NCBI RefSeq assembly: GCF_009914755.1
Contig: NC_060933.1
Length of the DNA: 64,000 bases
Source of the DNA: the human T2T-CHM13v2.0 reference genome, Homo sapiens
Direction: 5' to 3' (one strand)
In this document: piece by piece, positions 42,701-58,600 of the stretch
Layout of the letters: each line of letters opens with the position of its first letter
Position numbering within the stretch: the first letter of the stretch is position 1
Made by a program: the position numbers and the translations under genes
The notes under the pieces: generated by a model
Database searches by the model: none
Told to the model about the DNA's origin: nothing
Seen by the model: only the letters and a program-made list of their open reading frames with translations

Positions 42701-45700
42701 CATTCCATTCTATTCGGGTTAATTCCATTCCATTCCATTCGATTGCAATCGAGTTGATTCCATTCCATTCTATTCCATTCCATTCCATTCCTTTCCATTC
42801 CATTACGGATGATTCCATTCCATTGCATTCCATTCCAATCCATTCCCCTGTACTCGGGTTGATTCCATTCCATTCCATTCCAATCCATGCCATTCCACTC
42901 GTGTTGATTCCATTCTTTCCATTCCATTCAAGTTGAATCCATTCCATTGCATTCCATTGCATTCCATTACCCTGCAGTCGGGTTGATTCCATTCCATTCC
43001 ATTCCATTCCATTCCTTTCCATTCCATTCCGTTCCGTTCCATTCCGTTCCATTCCTTTCTATTCGGGTTAATTCCATTCCATTCCATTCCATTCCATTCC
43101 ATTCCACTCCATTCCAGTCCTTTCCATTCCATTCCACTCGGGTTGATTCCAATGTATTCCTTTCCATTCCATTCCATTCCATTGCAATCGAGTTGATTCC
43201 ATTGCTTTGCATTCCATTCCATTCCATTCCATTCCGGATGATTCCATTCCATTGCATTCCATTCCATTCCATTCCCCTGCACTCGAGTTGATTCCATTCC
43301 ATTCCACTGCATTCCGTTCCATTCCATTCCATTCCATTGTATTCGGGTTAAATCCATTCCATTCCATTCCATTCCATTCCATTCCATTACAATCGAGTTG
43401 ATTCCATTCCATTCCATTCCATTCCAGTCCTTTCCATTCCATTCCACTCTGGTTGATTACATTCTATTAGTTTCCATTCCATTCCATTCCCATCCTTTCC
43501 ACTCTGGTTGATACCATTCCTTTCCATTCCACTCGAATACATTCCCTCCTATTCCACTCGGAACGATTCCATTCCATTCCATTCCATTCCATTCCATTCC
43601 ATTCCATTCCATTCCATTCCATTGTACTCGGGTTGATTCAATTCCATTGCATTCCATTCCATTCCTTTCCATTCCATTCCATTCCATTCCGTTGCATTCC
43701 ATTCCATTACATTCGGATTGATTCTATTCAACTCCCTTACTCTCCATTACATTCCACTCCATTCGGGTTGTTCCATTCCATTCCATTCCATTCCACTCCA
43801 TTCCATTGCACTCGGGTTTATTCCATTCCATTCCATTCCATTCCATTCCATTCCATTCCATTCCGGATGATTCCATTCCATTGCATTCCGTTCCATTACA
43901 TTCCCCTGCACTCGCGTTGATTCCATTCCATTCCATTCCATTCCATTCAATTCCATTCCATTACAATTCGTTTCATTCCATTCTATTCCGTACCATTCCA
44001 TTCCATTCCATACCATTCCATTCCATTCCGTTCCATTCCGTTCCATTCCATTCCATTCCATTCTATTCGGATTAATTCCATTCCATTCCATTCCATTCCA
44101 TTCTATTCCATTCCATTGCAATCGAGTTGAATCCATTGCATTTCATTCCATTCCATTCCATTCCATTCCATTCCGGAAGATTCCATTCCATTCCATTCCA
44201 TTCCATTCCATTCCGTTCCGTTCCATTCCATTCCATTCCATTCCATTCCATTCCGTTCCATTCCATTCCATTCCATTCCATTCCATTCCATTCCGTTCCG
44301 TTCCGTTCCGTTCCATTCCATTCCATTCCATTCTATTCGGGTTAATTCCATTCCATTCCATTCGATTGCAATCGAGTTGATTCCATTCCATTCGATTCCA
44401 TTCCATTCCATTCCTTTCTATTCCATTACGGATGATTCCATTCCATTGCATTCCATTCCATTCCATTCCCCTGTACTCGGGTTGATTCCATTCCATTCCA
44501 TTCCAATCCATGCCATTCCACTCGTGTTGATTCCATTATTTCCATTCCATTCAAGTTGAATCCATTCCATTGCATTCCATTCCATTCGATTCCATTCGAT
44601 TGCACTCGGGTTGATTCCATTCCATTGCATTCCATTCCATTCCATTCCATTCCATTCCATTCCATTCCATTATATTCGGAATGATTCTATTCAATTCCCT
44701 TACACTCCATTACATTCCATTCCATTCGGGTAGTTTCCATTCCATTCCATTCCATTCCTCTCCATTCCATTGCACTCGGGTTGATTCCATTCCATTGCAT
44801 TCCACTCCATTCGGGTAGTTTCCACTCCATTCCATTCCAGTCCTTTCCATTCCATTCCACTCGGGTTGATTCCATTCTATTATTTTCCATTCCATTCCAT
44901 TCCCTTCCATTCCACTCTGGTTGATTCCATTCCTTTCCATTCCACTCGAATACATTCCCTCCTATTCCACTCGGAACGATTCCATTCCATTCCATTCCAT
45001 TCCATTCCATTCCATTCCATTTCGTTCCATTCCATTCTATTCCGTATCATTCCATTCCATTCCATTCCATTCCATTCCATTCCATTGTACTCGGGTTGAT
45101 TCAATTCCATTGCATTCAATTCCATTCCATTCCATTCCATTCCGTTGCATTCCATTCCATTACATTCAGATTGATTCTATTCAACTCCCTTACTCTCCAT
45201 TACATTCCATTCCATTCGGGTTGTTCCATTCCATTCCATTCCATTCCACTCCATTCCATTGCACCCGGGTTGATTCCATTCCATTCCATTCCATTCCATT
45301 CCATTCTGGATGATTCCATTCCATTGCATTCCGTTCCATTACATTCCCCTGCAGTCGCGTTGATTCCATTCCATTCCATTCAATTCCATTCCATTACAAT
45401 TCGTTCCGTTCCATTCTATTCCGTACCATTCCATTCCATTCCATACCATTCCATTCCATTCCATTCCATTCCATTCCGTTCCATTCCGTTCCATTCCATT
45501 CCATTCCATTCTATTCGAATTAATTCCATTCCATTCCATTCCATTCCATTCCATTCCGTTCCATTCCGTTCCATTCCATTCCATTCCATTCTATTCGGAT
45601 TAATTCCATTCCATTCCATTCCATTCCATTCCATTCTATTCCATTCCATTGTAATCGAGTTGAATCCATTGCATTTCATTCCATTCCATTCCATTCCATT

Positions 45701-46646
45701 CCATTCCATTCCGGAAGATCCCATTCCATTGCATTCCATTCCATTCCATTCCCCTGCACTCGCGTTGATTCCATTCCATTCCATTCCATTCCATTCCATT
45801 CCGTTCCGTTCCGTTCCATTCCATTCCATTCCATTCCATTCCATTCCGTTCCATTCCATTCCATTCCATTCTATTCGGGTTAATTCCATTCCATTCCATT
45901 CGATTGCAATCGAGTTGATTCCATTCCATTCCATTCCATTCCATTCCATTCCATTCCATTCCTTTCCATTCCATTACGGATGATTCCATTCCATTGCATT
46001 CCATTCCATTCCATTCCCCTGTACTCGGGTTGATTCCATTCCATTCCATTCCAATCCATGCCATTCCACTCGTGTTGATTCCATTCTTTCCATTCCATTC
46101 AAGTTGAATCCATTCCATTGCATTCCATTCCATTCGATTCCATTCGATTGCACTCGGGTTGATTGCATTGCATTCCATTCCATTCCATTCCATTCCATTC
46201 CATTCCATTCCATTCCATTCCGTTCCATTCCATTTCATTACATTCAGATTTATTCTATTCAATTCCCTTACACTCCATTATATTCCAATCCATTCTGGTT
46301 GTTTCCATTCCATTCCATTCCATTTCACTCCATTCCATTGCACTCGGGTTGATTCCATTCCATTCCATTCCATTGCATTCCATTCCATTCCATTCCGGAT
46401 GATTCCATTCCATTGCATTCCATTCCATTCCATTCCCCTGCACTCGGGTTGATTCCATTCCATTACATTCCATTACATTCCGTTCCATTCCATTCCATTC
46501 CATTCGGATTGATTCTATTCAATTCCCTTACACTCCATTACATTCCATTCCATTCGGGTAGTTTCCATTCCATTCCATTCCATTCCTCTCCATTCCATTG
46601 CACTCGGGTTGATTCCATTCCATTGCATTCCATTCCATTCCATTCC
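27736..46646 (-). repeat. 9446-bp tandem duplication (2 apparently identical copies)
   Basis: ORFs from 27788 to 36832 recur with the same length and translation at exactly +9446 (e.g. 29254/38700, 35650/45096). Flanking mismatches are at 27735/37181 and 37201/46647. There is a 19-bp CATTC overlap at 37182-37200. Confidence 0.95.
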
Positions 46647-49600
46647 GTTCCATTCCATTCCGTTCCATTCCATTACATTCGGATTGATTCTATTCAACTC
46701 CCTTACTCTCCATTACATTCCATTCCATTCGGGTTGTTCCATTCCATTCCATTCCATTCCACTCCATTCCATTGCACTCAGGTTGATTCCATTCCATTCC
46801 ATTCCATTCCATTCCATTCCATTCCATTCCGGATGATTCCATTCCATTGCATTCCATTCCATTCCATTCCCCTGTACTCGGGTTGATTCCATTCCATTCC
46901 ATTCCAATGCATGCCATTCCACTCGTGTTGATTCCATTCTTTCCATTCCATTCAAGTTGAATCCATTCCATTGCATTCCATTCCATTCCTTTCCCCTGCA
47001 GTCGGGTTGATTCCATTCCATTCCATTCCATTCCATTCCATTCCATTGCATTCCTTTCCGTTCCATTCCATTGCATTCCTTTCTATTCGGGTTAATTCCA
47101 TTCCATTCCATTCCATTCCATGCCATTCCAATCAAGTTGATTCCATTCCATTCCATTCCATTCCATTCCATTCCATTCCATTCCACTCCATTCCAGTCCT
47201 TTCCATTCCATTCCACTCGGGTTGATTCCAATGTATTCCTTTCCATTCCATTCCATTCCATTGCAATCAAGTTGATTCCATTGCTTTGCATTCCATTCCA
47301 TTCCATTCCATTCCGGATGATTCCATTCCATTGCATTCCATTCCATTCCATTCCCCTGCACTCGGGTTGATTCCATTCCATTCCACTCCATTCCGTTCCA
47401 TTCCATTCCATTCCATTGTATTCGGGGTAATTCCATTCCATTCCAATCCATTCCATTCCATTCCATTCCATTACAATCGAGTTGATTCCATTCCATTCCA
47501 TTCCATTCCAGTCCTTTCCATTCCATTCCACTCGGGTTGATTCCATTCTATTAGTTTCCATTCCATTCCATTCCCTTCCATTCCACTCTGGTTGATACCA
47601 TTCCTTTCCATTCTACTCGAATACATTCCCTCCTATTCCACTCGGAACGATTCCATTCCATTCCATTCCATTCCATTCCGTTCCATTCCATTCCATTCCA
47701 TTCCATTTCGTTCCATTCCATTCTATTCCGTATCATTCCATTCCATTCCATTCCATTCCATTCCATTCCATTCCATTCCATTGTACTCGGGTTGATTCAA
47801 TTCCATTGCATTCCATTCCATTCCATTCCATTCCATTCCGTTGCATTCCATTCCGTTACATTCGGATTGATTCTATTCAACTCCCTTACTCTCCATTACA
47901 TTCCATTCCATTCGGGTTGTTCCATTCCATTCCATTCCATTCCATTCCACTCCATTCCATTGCACTCGGGTTGATTCCATTCCATTCCATTCCATTCCAT
48001 TCCATTCCCTTCCATTCCATTCCGGATGATTCCATTCCATTGCATTCCATTCCATTACATTCCCCTGCACTCGCGTTGATTCTATTCCATTCCATTCCAT
48101 TCCATTCCATTACAATTCGTTCCATTCCATTCTATTCCGTACCATTCCATTCCATTCCATTCCATTCCGTTCCATTCCGTTCCATTCCATTCCATTCCAT
48201 TCTATTCGGATTAATTCCATTCCATTCCATTCCATTCCATTCTATTCCATTCCATTGCAATCGAGTTGAATCCATTGCATTTCATTTAACTGCATTCCAT
48301 TCCATTCCATTCCAGAAGATTCCATTCCATTGCATTCCATTCCATTCCATTCCCCTGCACTCGCGTTGATTCCATTCCATTCCATTCCATTCCATTCCAT
48401 TCCATTCCATTCCTTTCCGTTCCATTCCATTCCATTCCATTCCATTCCATTACATTACATTCCTTTCCATTCCATTACGGATGATTCCATTCCATTGCAT
48501 TCCATTCCATTCCATTCCCCTGTACTCGGGTTGATTCCATTCCATTCCATTCCAATCCATGCCATTCCACTCGTGTTGATTCCATTCTTTCCATTCCATT
48601 CAAGTTGAATCCATTCCATTGCATTCCACTCCATTCCATTCCCCTGCAGTCGGGTTGTTTCCATTCCATTCCATTCTATTCTATTCCATTCCATTCCATT
48701 CCGTTCCGTTCCATTCCATTCCATTCCATTCTATTCGGGTTAATTCCATTCCATTCCATTCCATTCCATTCCAATCGAGTTGATTGCATTGCACTCCATT
48801 CCATTCCATTCCACTCCATTCCAGTCCTTTCCATTCCATTCCACTCGGGTTGATTCCAATGTATTCCTTTCCATTCCATTCCATTCCATTGCAATCGAGT
48901 TGATTCCATTGCTTTGCATTGCATTCCATTCCATTCCATTCCATTCCGGATGATTCCATTCCATTGCATTCCATTCCATTCCATTCCGCTGCACTCGGGT
49001 TGATTCCATTCCATTCCACTCCATTCCGTTCCATTCCGTTCCATTGCATTGTATTCGGGTTACTTCCATTCCATTCCATTCCATTCCATTCCATTCCATT
49101 CCATTACAATCGAGTTGATTCCATTCCATTCCATTCCATTCCAGTCCTTTCCATTCCATTCCACTCGGGTTGATTCCATTCTATTAGTTTCCATTCCATT
49201 CCATTCCCTTCCATTCCACTCTGGTTGATTCCATTCCTTTCCATTCCACTCGAATACATTCCCTCCTGTTCCACTCGGAATGATTCCATTCCATTCCATT
49301 CCATTCCATTCCATTCCATTGCATTCTATTCCATTCCATTGTAATCGAGTTGAATCCATTGCATTTCATTCCATTCCATTCCATTCCATTCCATTCCGGA
49401 ATATCCCATTCCATTGCATTCCATTCCATTCCATTCCCCTGCACTCGCGTTGATTCCATTCCATTCCATTCCATTCCATTCCATTCCGTTCCGTTCCGTT
49501 CCATTCCAATCCATTCCATTCCATTCCATTCCATTCCGTTCCATTCCATTCCATTCCATTCTATTCGGGTTAATTCCATTCCATTCCATTCGATTGCAAT

Positions 49601-52600
49601 CGAGTTGATTCCATTCCATTCCATTCCATTCCATTCCATTCCATTCCTTTCCATTCCATTACGGATGATTCCATTCCATTGCATTCCATTCCATTCCATT
49701 CCCCTGTACTCGGGTTGATTCCATTCCATTCCATTCCAATCCATGCCATTCCACTCGTGTTGATTCCATTCTTTCCATTCCATTCAAGTTGAATCCATTC
49801 CATTGCATTCCATTCCATTCGATTCCATTCGATTGCACTCGGGTTGATTCCATTGCATTCCATTCCATTCCATTCCATTCCATTCCATTCCATTCCATTC
49901 CGTTCCATTCCATTTCATTACATTCAGATTTATTCTATTCAATTCCCTTACACTCCATTATATTCCAATCCATTCTGGTTGTTTCCATTCCATTCCATTC
50001 CATTTCACTCCATTCCATTGCACTCGGGTTGATTCCATTCCATTCCATTCCATTGCATTCCATTCCATTCCATTCCGGATGATTCCATTCCATTGCATTC
50101 CATTCAATTCCATTCCCCTGCACTCGGGTTGATTCCATTCCATTACATTCCATTACATTCCGTTCCATTCCATTCCATTCCATTCGGATTGATTCTATTC
50201 AATTCCCTTACACTCCATTACATTCCATTCCATTCGGGTAGTTTCCATTCCATTCCATTCCATTCCTCTCCATTCCATTGCACTCGGGTTGTTTCCATTC
50301 CATTGCATTCCATTCCATTCCATTCCGTTCCATTCCATTCCGTTCCATTCCATTACATTCGGATTGATTCTATTCAACTCCCTTACTCTCCATTACATTC
50401 CATTCCATTCGGGTTGTTCCATTCCATTCCATTCCATTCCACTCCATTCCATTGCACTCAGGTTGATTCCATTCCATTCCATTCCATTCCATTCCATTCC
50501 ATTCCATTCCATTCCATTCCGGATGATTCCATTTCATTGCATTCCATTCCATTCCATTCCCCTGTACTCGGGTTGATTCCATTCCATTCCATTCCAATCC
50601 ATGCCATTCCACTCGTGTTGATTCCATTCTTTCCATTCCATTCAAGTTGAATCCATTCCATTGCATTCCATTCCATTCCTTTCCCCTGCAGTCGGGTTGA
50701 TTCCATTCCATTCCATTCCATTCCATTCCATTCCATTCCATTGCATTCCTTTCCGTTCCATTCCATTGCATTCCTTTCTATTCGGGTTAATTCCATTCCA
50801 TTCCATTCCATTCCATGCCATTCCAATCAAGTTGATTCCATTCCATTCCATTCCATTCCATTCCATTCCTTTCTATTCCACTCCATTCCAGTCCTTTCCA
50901 TTCCATTCCACTCGGGTTGATTCCAATGTATTCCTTTCCATTCCATTCCATTCCATTGCAATCAAGTTGATTCCATTGCTTTGCATTCCATTCCATTCCA
51001 TTCCATTCCGGATGATTCCATTCCATTGCATTCCATTCCATTCCATTCCCATGCACTCGGGTTGATTCCATTCCATTCCACTCCATTCCGTTCCATTCCA
51101 TTCCATTCCATTGTATTCGGGTTAATTCCATTCCATTCCAATCCATTCCATTCCATTCCATTCCATTACAATCGAGTTGATTCCATTCCATTCCATTCCA
51201 TTCCAGTCCTTTCCATTCCATTCCACTCGGGTTGATTCCATTCTATTAGTTTCCATTCCATTCCATTCCCTTCCATTCCACTCTGGTTGATACCATTCCT
51301 TTCCATTCCACTCGAATACATTCCCTCCTATTCCGCTCGGAACGATTCCATTCCATTCCATTCCATTCCATTCCATTCCATTCCATTCCATTCCATTTCG
51401 TTCCATTCCATTCTATTCCGTATCATTCCATTCCATTCCATTCCATTCCATTCCACTCCATTCCATTGCACTCGGGTTGATTCCATTCCATTCCATTCCA
51501 TTCCATTCCATTCCATTCCATTCCATTCCCTTCCATTCCATTCCGGATGATTCCATTCCATTGCATTCCATTCCATTACATTCCCCTGCACTCGCGTTGA
51601 TTCTATTCCATTCCATTCCATTCCATTCCATTACAATTCGTTCCATTCCATTCTATTCCGTACCATTCCATTCCATTCCATTCCATTCCGTTCCATTCCG
51701 TTCCATTCCATTCCATTCCATTCTATTCGGATTAATTCCATTCCATTCCATTCCATTCCATTCTATTCCATTCCATTGCAATCGAGTTGAATCCATTGCA
51801 TTTCATTCCACTCCATTCCATTCCATTCCATTCCAGAAGATTCCATTCCATTGCATTCCATTCCATTCCATTCCCCTGCACTCGCGTTGATTCCATTCCA
51901 TTCCATTCCATTCCATTCCATTACAATTCGTTCCATTCCATTCTATTCCGTACCATTCCATTCCATTCCATACCATTCCATTCCATTCCATTCCATTCCA
52001 TTCCGTTCCATTCCGTTCCATTCCATTCCATTCTATTCGGATTAATTCCATTCCATTCCTTTCCATTCCATTCTAATCCATTCCATTGCAATCGAGTTGA
52101 ATCCATTGCATTTCATTCCATTCCATTCCATTCCATTCCATTCCGGAAGATTCCATTCCATTGCATTCCATTCCATTCCATTCCCCTGCACTCGCGTTGA
52201 TTCCATTCCATTCCATTCCATTCCATTCCTTTCCATTCCATTCCTCTCCGTTCCATTCCATTCCATTCCATTCCATTCCATTCCATTCCGTTCCGTTCCA
52301 TTCCATTCCATTCCATTCTATTAGGGTTAATTCCATTCCATTCCATTCGATTGCAATCGAGTTGATTCCATTCCATTCCATTCCATTCCATTCCATTCCA
52401 TTCCATTCCATTCCATTCCTTTCCATTCCATTACGGATGATTCCATTCCATTGCATTCCATTCCATTCCATTCCCCTGTACTCGGGTTGATTCCATTCCA
52501 TTCCATTCCAATCCATGCCATTCCACTCGTGTTGATTCCATTCTTTCCATTCCATTCAGGTTGAATCCATTCCATTGCATTCCATTCCATTCGATTCCAT

Positions 52601-55600
52601 TCGATTGCACTCGGGTTGATTCCATTCCATTGCATTCCATTCCATTCCATTCCATTCCATTCCATTTCATTCCATTCAGTTCCATTCCATTTCATTACAT
52701 TCAGATTTATTCTATTCAATTCCCTTACACTCCATTATATTCCAATCCATTCTGGTTGTTTCCATTCCATTCCATTCCATTTCACTCCATTCCATTGCAC
52801 TCGGGTTGATTCCATTCCATTGCATTCCATTCCATTCCATTCCGGATGATTCCATTCCATTGCATTCCATTCCATTCCATTCCCCTGCACTCGGGTTGAT
52901 TCCATTCCATTACATTCCATTACATTCCGTTCCATTCCATTCCATTCCATTCGGATTGATTCTATTCAATTCCCTTACACTGCATTACATTCCATTCCAT
53001 TCGGGTAGTTTCCATTCCATTCCATTCCATTCCTCTCCATTCCATTGCACTCGGGTTGATTCCATTCCATTGCATTCCATTCCATTCCATTCCGTTCCAT
53101 TCCATTCCGTTCCATTCCATTACATTCGGATTGATTCTATTCAACTCCCTTACTCTCCATTACATTCCATTCCATTCGGGTTGTTCCATTCCATTCCATT
53201 CCATTCCATTCCACTCCATTCCATTGCACTCGGGTTGATTCCATTCCATTCCATTCCATTCCATTCCATTCCCTTCCATTCCATTCCGGATGATTCCATT
53301 CCATTGCATTCCATTCCATTACATTCCCCTGCACTCGCGTTGATTCTATTCCATTCCATTCCATTCCATTCCATTACAATTCGTTCCATTCCATTCTATT
53401 CCGTACCATTCCATTCCATTCCATTCCATTCCGTTCCATTCCGTTCCATTCCATTCCATTCCATTCTATTCGGATTAATTCCATTCCATTCCATTCCATT
53501 CCATTCTATTCCATTCCATTGCAATCGAGTTGAATCCATTGCATTTCATTCCACTCCATTCCATTCCATTCCATTCCAGAAGATTCCATTCCATTGCATT
53601 CCATTCCATTCCATTCCCCTGCACTCGCGTTGATTCCATTCCATTCCATTCCATTCCATTCCATTCCATTCCATTCCATTCCTTTCCGTTCCATTCCATT
53701 CCATTCCATTCCATTCCATTCCATTCCATTACATTCCTTTCCATTCCATTACGGATGATTCCATTCCATTGCATTCCATTCCATTCCATTCCCCTGTACT
53801 CGGGTTGATTCCATTCCATTCCATTCCAATCCATGCCATTCCACTCGTGTTGATTCCATTCTTTCCATTCCATTCAAGTTGAATCCATTCCATTGCATTC
53901 CATTCCATTCCATTCCCCTGCAGTCGGGTTGTTTCCATTCCATTCCATTCTATTCTATTCCATTCCATTCCATTCCGTTCCGTTCCATTCCATTCCATTC
54001 CATTCTATTCGGGTTAATTCCATTCCATTCCATTCCATTCCATTCCAATCGAGTTGATTGCATTGCACTCCATTCCATTCCATTCCACTCCATTCCAGTC
54101 CTTTCCATTCCATTCCACTCGGGTTGATTCCAATGTATTCCTTTCCATTCCATTCCATTCCATTGCAATCGAGTTGATTCCATTGCTTTGCATTCCATTC
54201 CATTCCATTCCATTCCGGATGATTCCATTCCATTGCATTCCATTCCATTCCATTCTGCTGCACTCGGGTTGATTCCATTCCATTCCACTCCATTCCGTTC
54301 CATTCCGTTCCATTGCATTGTATTCGTGTTAATTCCATTCCATTCCATTCCATTCCATTCCATTCCATTCCATTACAATCGAGTTGATTCCATTCCATTC
54401 CATTCCATTCCAGTCCTTTCCATTCCATTCCACTCGGGTTGATTCCATTCTATTAGTTTCCATTCCATTCCATTCCCTTCCATTCCACTCTGGTTGATTC
54501 CATTCCTTTCCATTCCACTCGAATACATTCCCTACTATTCCACTCGGAACGATTCCATTCCATTCCATTCCATTCCATTCCATTCCATTCCATTCCATTC
54601 CATTTCTTTCCATTCCATTCTATTCCGTATCATTCCATTCCATTCCATTCCATTTCATTCCATTCCATTCCATTCCATTCCATTGTACTCGGGTTGATTC
54701 AATTCCATTGCATTCCGTTCCATTCCATTCCATTCCATTCCATTCCATTCCATTCCGTTGCATTCCATTCCATTACATTCGGATTGATTGTATTCAACTC
54801 CTTTTCTCTCCATTACATTCCATTCCATTCGGGTTGTTCCATTCCATTCCATTCCATTCCACTCCATTCCATTGCACTCGGGTTGATTCCATTCCATTCC
54901 ATTCCATTCCATTCCATTCCGGATGATTCCATTCCATTGCATTCCGTTCCATTACATTCCCCTGCACTCGCGTTGATTCCATTCCATTCCATTCCATTCC
55001 ATTCCGTTCCATTCCATTCCATTCTATTCGGATTAATTCCATTCCATTCCTTTCCATTCCATTCTATTCCATTCCATTGCAATCGAGTTGAATCCATTGC
55101 ATTTCATTCCATTCCATTCCATTCCATTCCATTCCGGAAGATTCCATTCCATTGCATTCCATTCCATTCCATTCCCCTGCACTCGCGTTGATTCCATTCC
55201 ATTCCATTCCATTCCATTCCTTTCCATTCCATTCCGTTCCGTTCCATTCCATTCCATTCCATTCTATTAGGGTTAATTCCATTCCATTCCATTCGATTGC
55301 AATCGAGTTGATTCAATTCCATTCCATTCCATTCCATTCCATTCCATTCCATTCCTTTCCATTCCATTACGGATGATTCCATTCCATTGCATTCCATTCC
55401 ATTCCATTCCCCTGTACTCGGGTTGATTCCATTCCATTCCATTCCAATCCATGCCATTCCACTCGTGTTGATTCCATTCTTTCCATTCCATTCAAGTTGA
55501 ATCCATTCGATTGCATTCCATTCCATTCGATTCCATTCGATTGCACTCGAGTTGATTCCATTCCATTGCATTCCATTCCATTCCATTCCATTCCATTCCA

Positions 55601-58600
55601 TTCCATTCCATTCCATTTCATTCCATTCCGTTCCATTCCATTTCATTACATTCAGATTTATTCTATTCAATTCCCTTACACTCCATTATATTCCAATCCA
55701 TTCTGGTTGTTTCCATTCCATTCCATTCCATTTCATTCCATTCCATTGCACTCGGGTTGATTCCATTCCATTCCGTTCCATTGCATTCCATTCCATTCCA
55801 TTCCGGATGATTCCATTCCATTGCATTCCATTCCATTCCATTCCCCTGCACTCGGGTTGATTCCATTCCATTACATTCCATTACATTCCGTTCCATTCCA
55901 TTCCATTCCATTCGGATTGATTCTATTCAATTCCCTTACACTCCATTACATTCCATTCCATTCGGGTAGTTTCCATTCCATTCCATTCCATTCCTCTCCA
56001 TTCCATTGCACTCGGGTTGATTCCATTCCATTGCATTCCATTCCATTACATTCCGTTCCATTCCATTCCGTTCCATTCCATTACATTCGGATTGATTCTA
56101 TTCAACTCCCTTACTCTCCATTACATTCCATTCCATTTGGGTTGTTCCATTCCATTCCATTCCATTCCACTCCATTCCATTGCACTCAGGTTGATTCCAT
56201 TCCATTCCATTCCATTCCATTCCATTCCATTCCATTCCTTTCCATTCCGGATGATTCCATTCCATTGCATTCCATTCCATTCCATTCCCCTGTACTCGGG
56301 TTGATTCCATTCCATTCCATTCCAATCCATGGCATTCCACTCGTGTTGATTCCATTCTTTCCATTCCATTCAAGTTGAATGCATTCCATTGCATTCCATT
56401 CCATTCCATTCCCCTGCAGTCGGGTTGATTCCATTCCATTCCATTCCATTCCATTCCATTCCATTGCATTCCTTTCCGTTCCATTCCATTGCATTCCTTT
56501 CTATTCGGGTTAATTCCATTCCATTCCATTCCATTCCATGCCATTCCAATCAAGTTGATTCCATTCCATTCCATTCCATTCCATTCCATTCCATTCCATT
56601 CCACTCCATTCCAGTCCTTTCCATTCCATTCCACTCGGGTTGATTCCAAAGTATTCCTTTCCATTCCATTCCATTCCATTGCAATCAAGTTGATTCCACT
56701 GCTTTGCATTCCATTCCATTCCATTCCATTCCGGATGATTCCATTCCATTGCATTCCATTCCATTCCATTCCATTCCATTGTATTCGGGTTAATTCCATT
56801 CCATTCCAATCCATTCCATTCCATTCCATTCCATTACAATCGAGTTGATTCCATTCCATTCCATTCCATTCCAGTCCTTTCCATTCCATTCCACTCGGGT
56901 TGATTCCATTCTATTAGTTTCCATTCCATTCCATTCCCTTCCATTCCACTCTGGTTGATACCATTCCTTTCCATTCCACTCGAATACATTCCCTCCTATT
57001 CCACTCGGAACGATTCCATTCCATTCCATTCCATTCCATTCCATTCCATTCCATTCCATTCCATTCCATTTCGTTCCATTCCATTCTATTCCGTATCATT
57101 CCATTCCATTCCATTCCATTCCATTCCATTCCATTCCATTGTACTCGGGTTGATTCAATTCCATTGCATTCCATTCCATTCCATTCCATTCCATTCCATT
57201 CCGTTGCATTCCATTCCGTTACATTCGGATTGATTCTATTCAACTCCCTTACTCTCCATTACATTCCATTCCATTCGGGTTGTTCCATTCCATTCCATTC
57301 CATTCCATTCCACTCCATTCCATTGCACTCGGGTTGATTCCATTCCATTCCATTCCATTCCATTCCATTCCATTCCATTCCCTTCCATTCCATTCCGGAT
57401 GATTCCATTCCATTGCATTCCGTTCCATTACATTCCCCTGCACTCGCGTTGATTCTATTCCATTCCATTCCATTCCATTCCATTCCATTCCATTCCATTA
57501 CAATTCGTTCCATTCCATTCTATTCCGTACCATTGCATTCCATTCCATTCCATTCCGTTCCATTCCGTTCCATTCCATTCCATTCCATTCTATTCGGATT
57601 AATTCCATTCCATTCCATTCCATTCCATTCTATTCCATTCCATTGTAATCGAGTTGAATCCATTGCATTTCATTCCACTCCATTCCATTCCATTCCATTC
57701 CAGAAGATTCCATTCCATTGCATTCCTTTCATTCCATTCCCCTGCACTCGCGTTGATTCCATTCCATTCCATTCCATTCCATTCCATTCCATTCCATTCC
57801 ATTCCATTCCATTCCTTTCCGTTCCATTCCATTCCATTCCATTCCATTCCATTCCATTCCATTCCATTCCTTTCCATTCCATTACGGATGATTCCATTCC
57901 ATTGCATTCCATTCCATTCCATTCCCCTGTACTCGGGTTGATTCCATTCCATTCCATTCCAATCCATGCCATTCCACTCGTGTTGATTCCATTCTTTCCA
58001 TTCCATTCAAGTTGAATCCATTCCATTGCATTCCATTCCATTCCATTCCCCTGCAGTCGGGTTGTTTCCATTCCATTCCATTCTATTCTATTCCATTCCA
58101 TTCCATTCCGTTCCGTTCCATTCCATTCCATTCCATTCTATTCGGGTTAATTCCATTCCATTCCATTCCATTCCATTCCAATCGAGTTGATTGCATTGCA
58201 CTCCATTCCATTCCACTCCACTCCATTCCAGTCCTTTCCATTCCATTCCACTCGGGTTGATTCCAATGTATTCCTTTCCATTCCATTCCATTCCATTGCA
58301 ATCGAGTTGATTCCATTGCTTTGCATTCCATTCCATTCCATTCCATTCCGGATGATTCCATTCCATTGCATTCCATTCCATTCCATTCCGCTGCACTCGG
58401 GTTGATTCCATTCCATTCCACTCCATTCCGTTCCATTCCGTTCCATTGCATTGTATTCGGGTTAATTCCATTCCATTCCATTCCATTCCATTCCATTCCA
58501 TTCCATTCCATTCCATTACAATCGAGTTGATTCCATTCCATTCCATTCCATTTCTTTCCATTCCATTCTATTCCGTATCATTCCATTCCATTCCATTCCA

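Noticed and set aside
52321-52326. Interstitial telomeric repeat
   Set aside because: These are single TTAGGG hexamers arising by one substitution in a satellite module, not a tandem telomeric tract.
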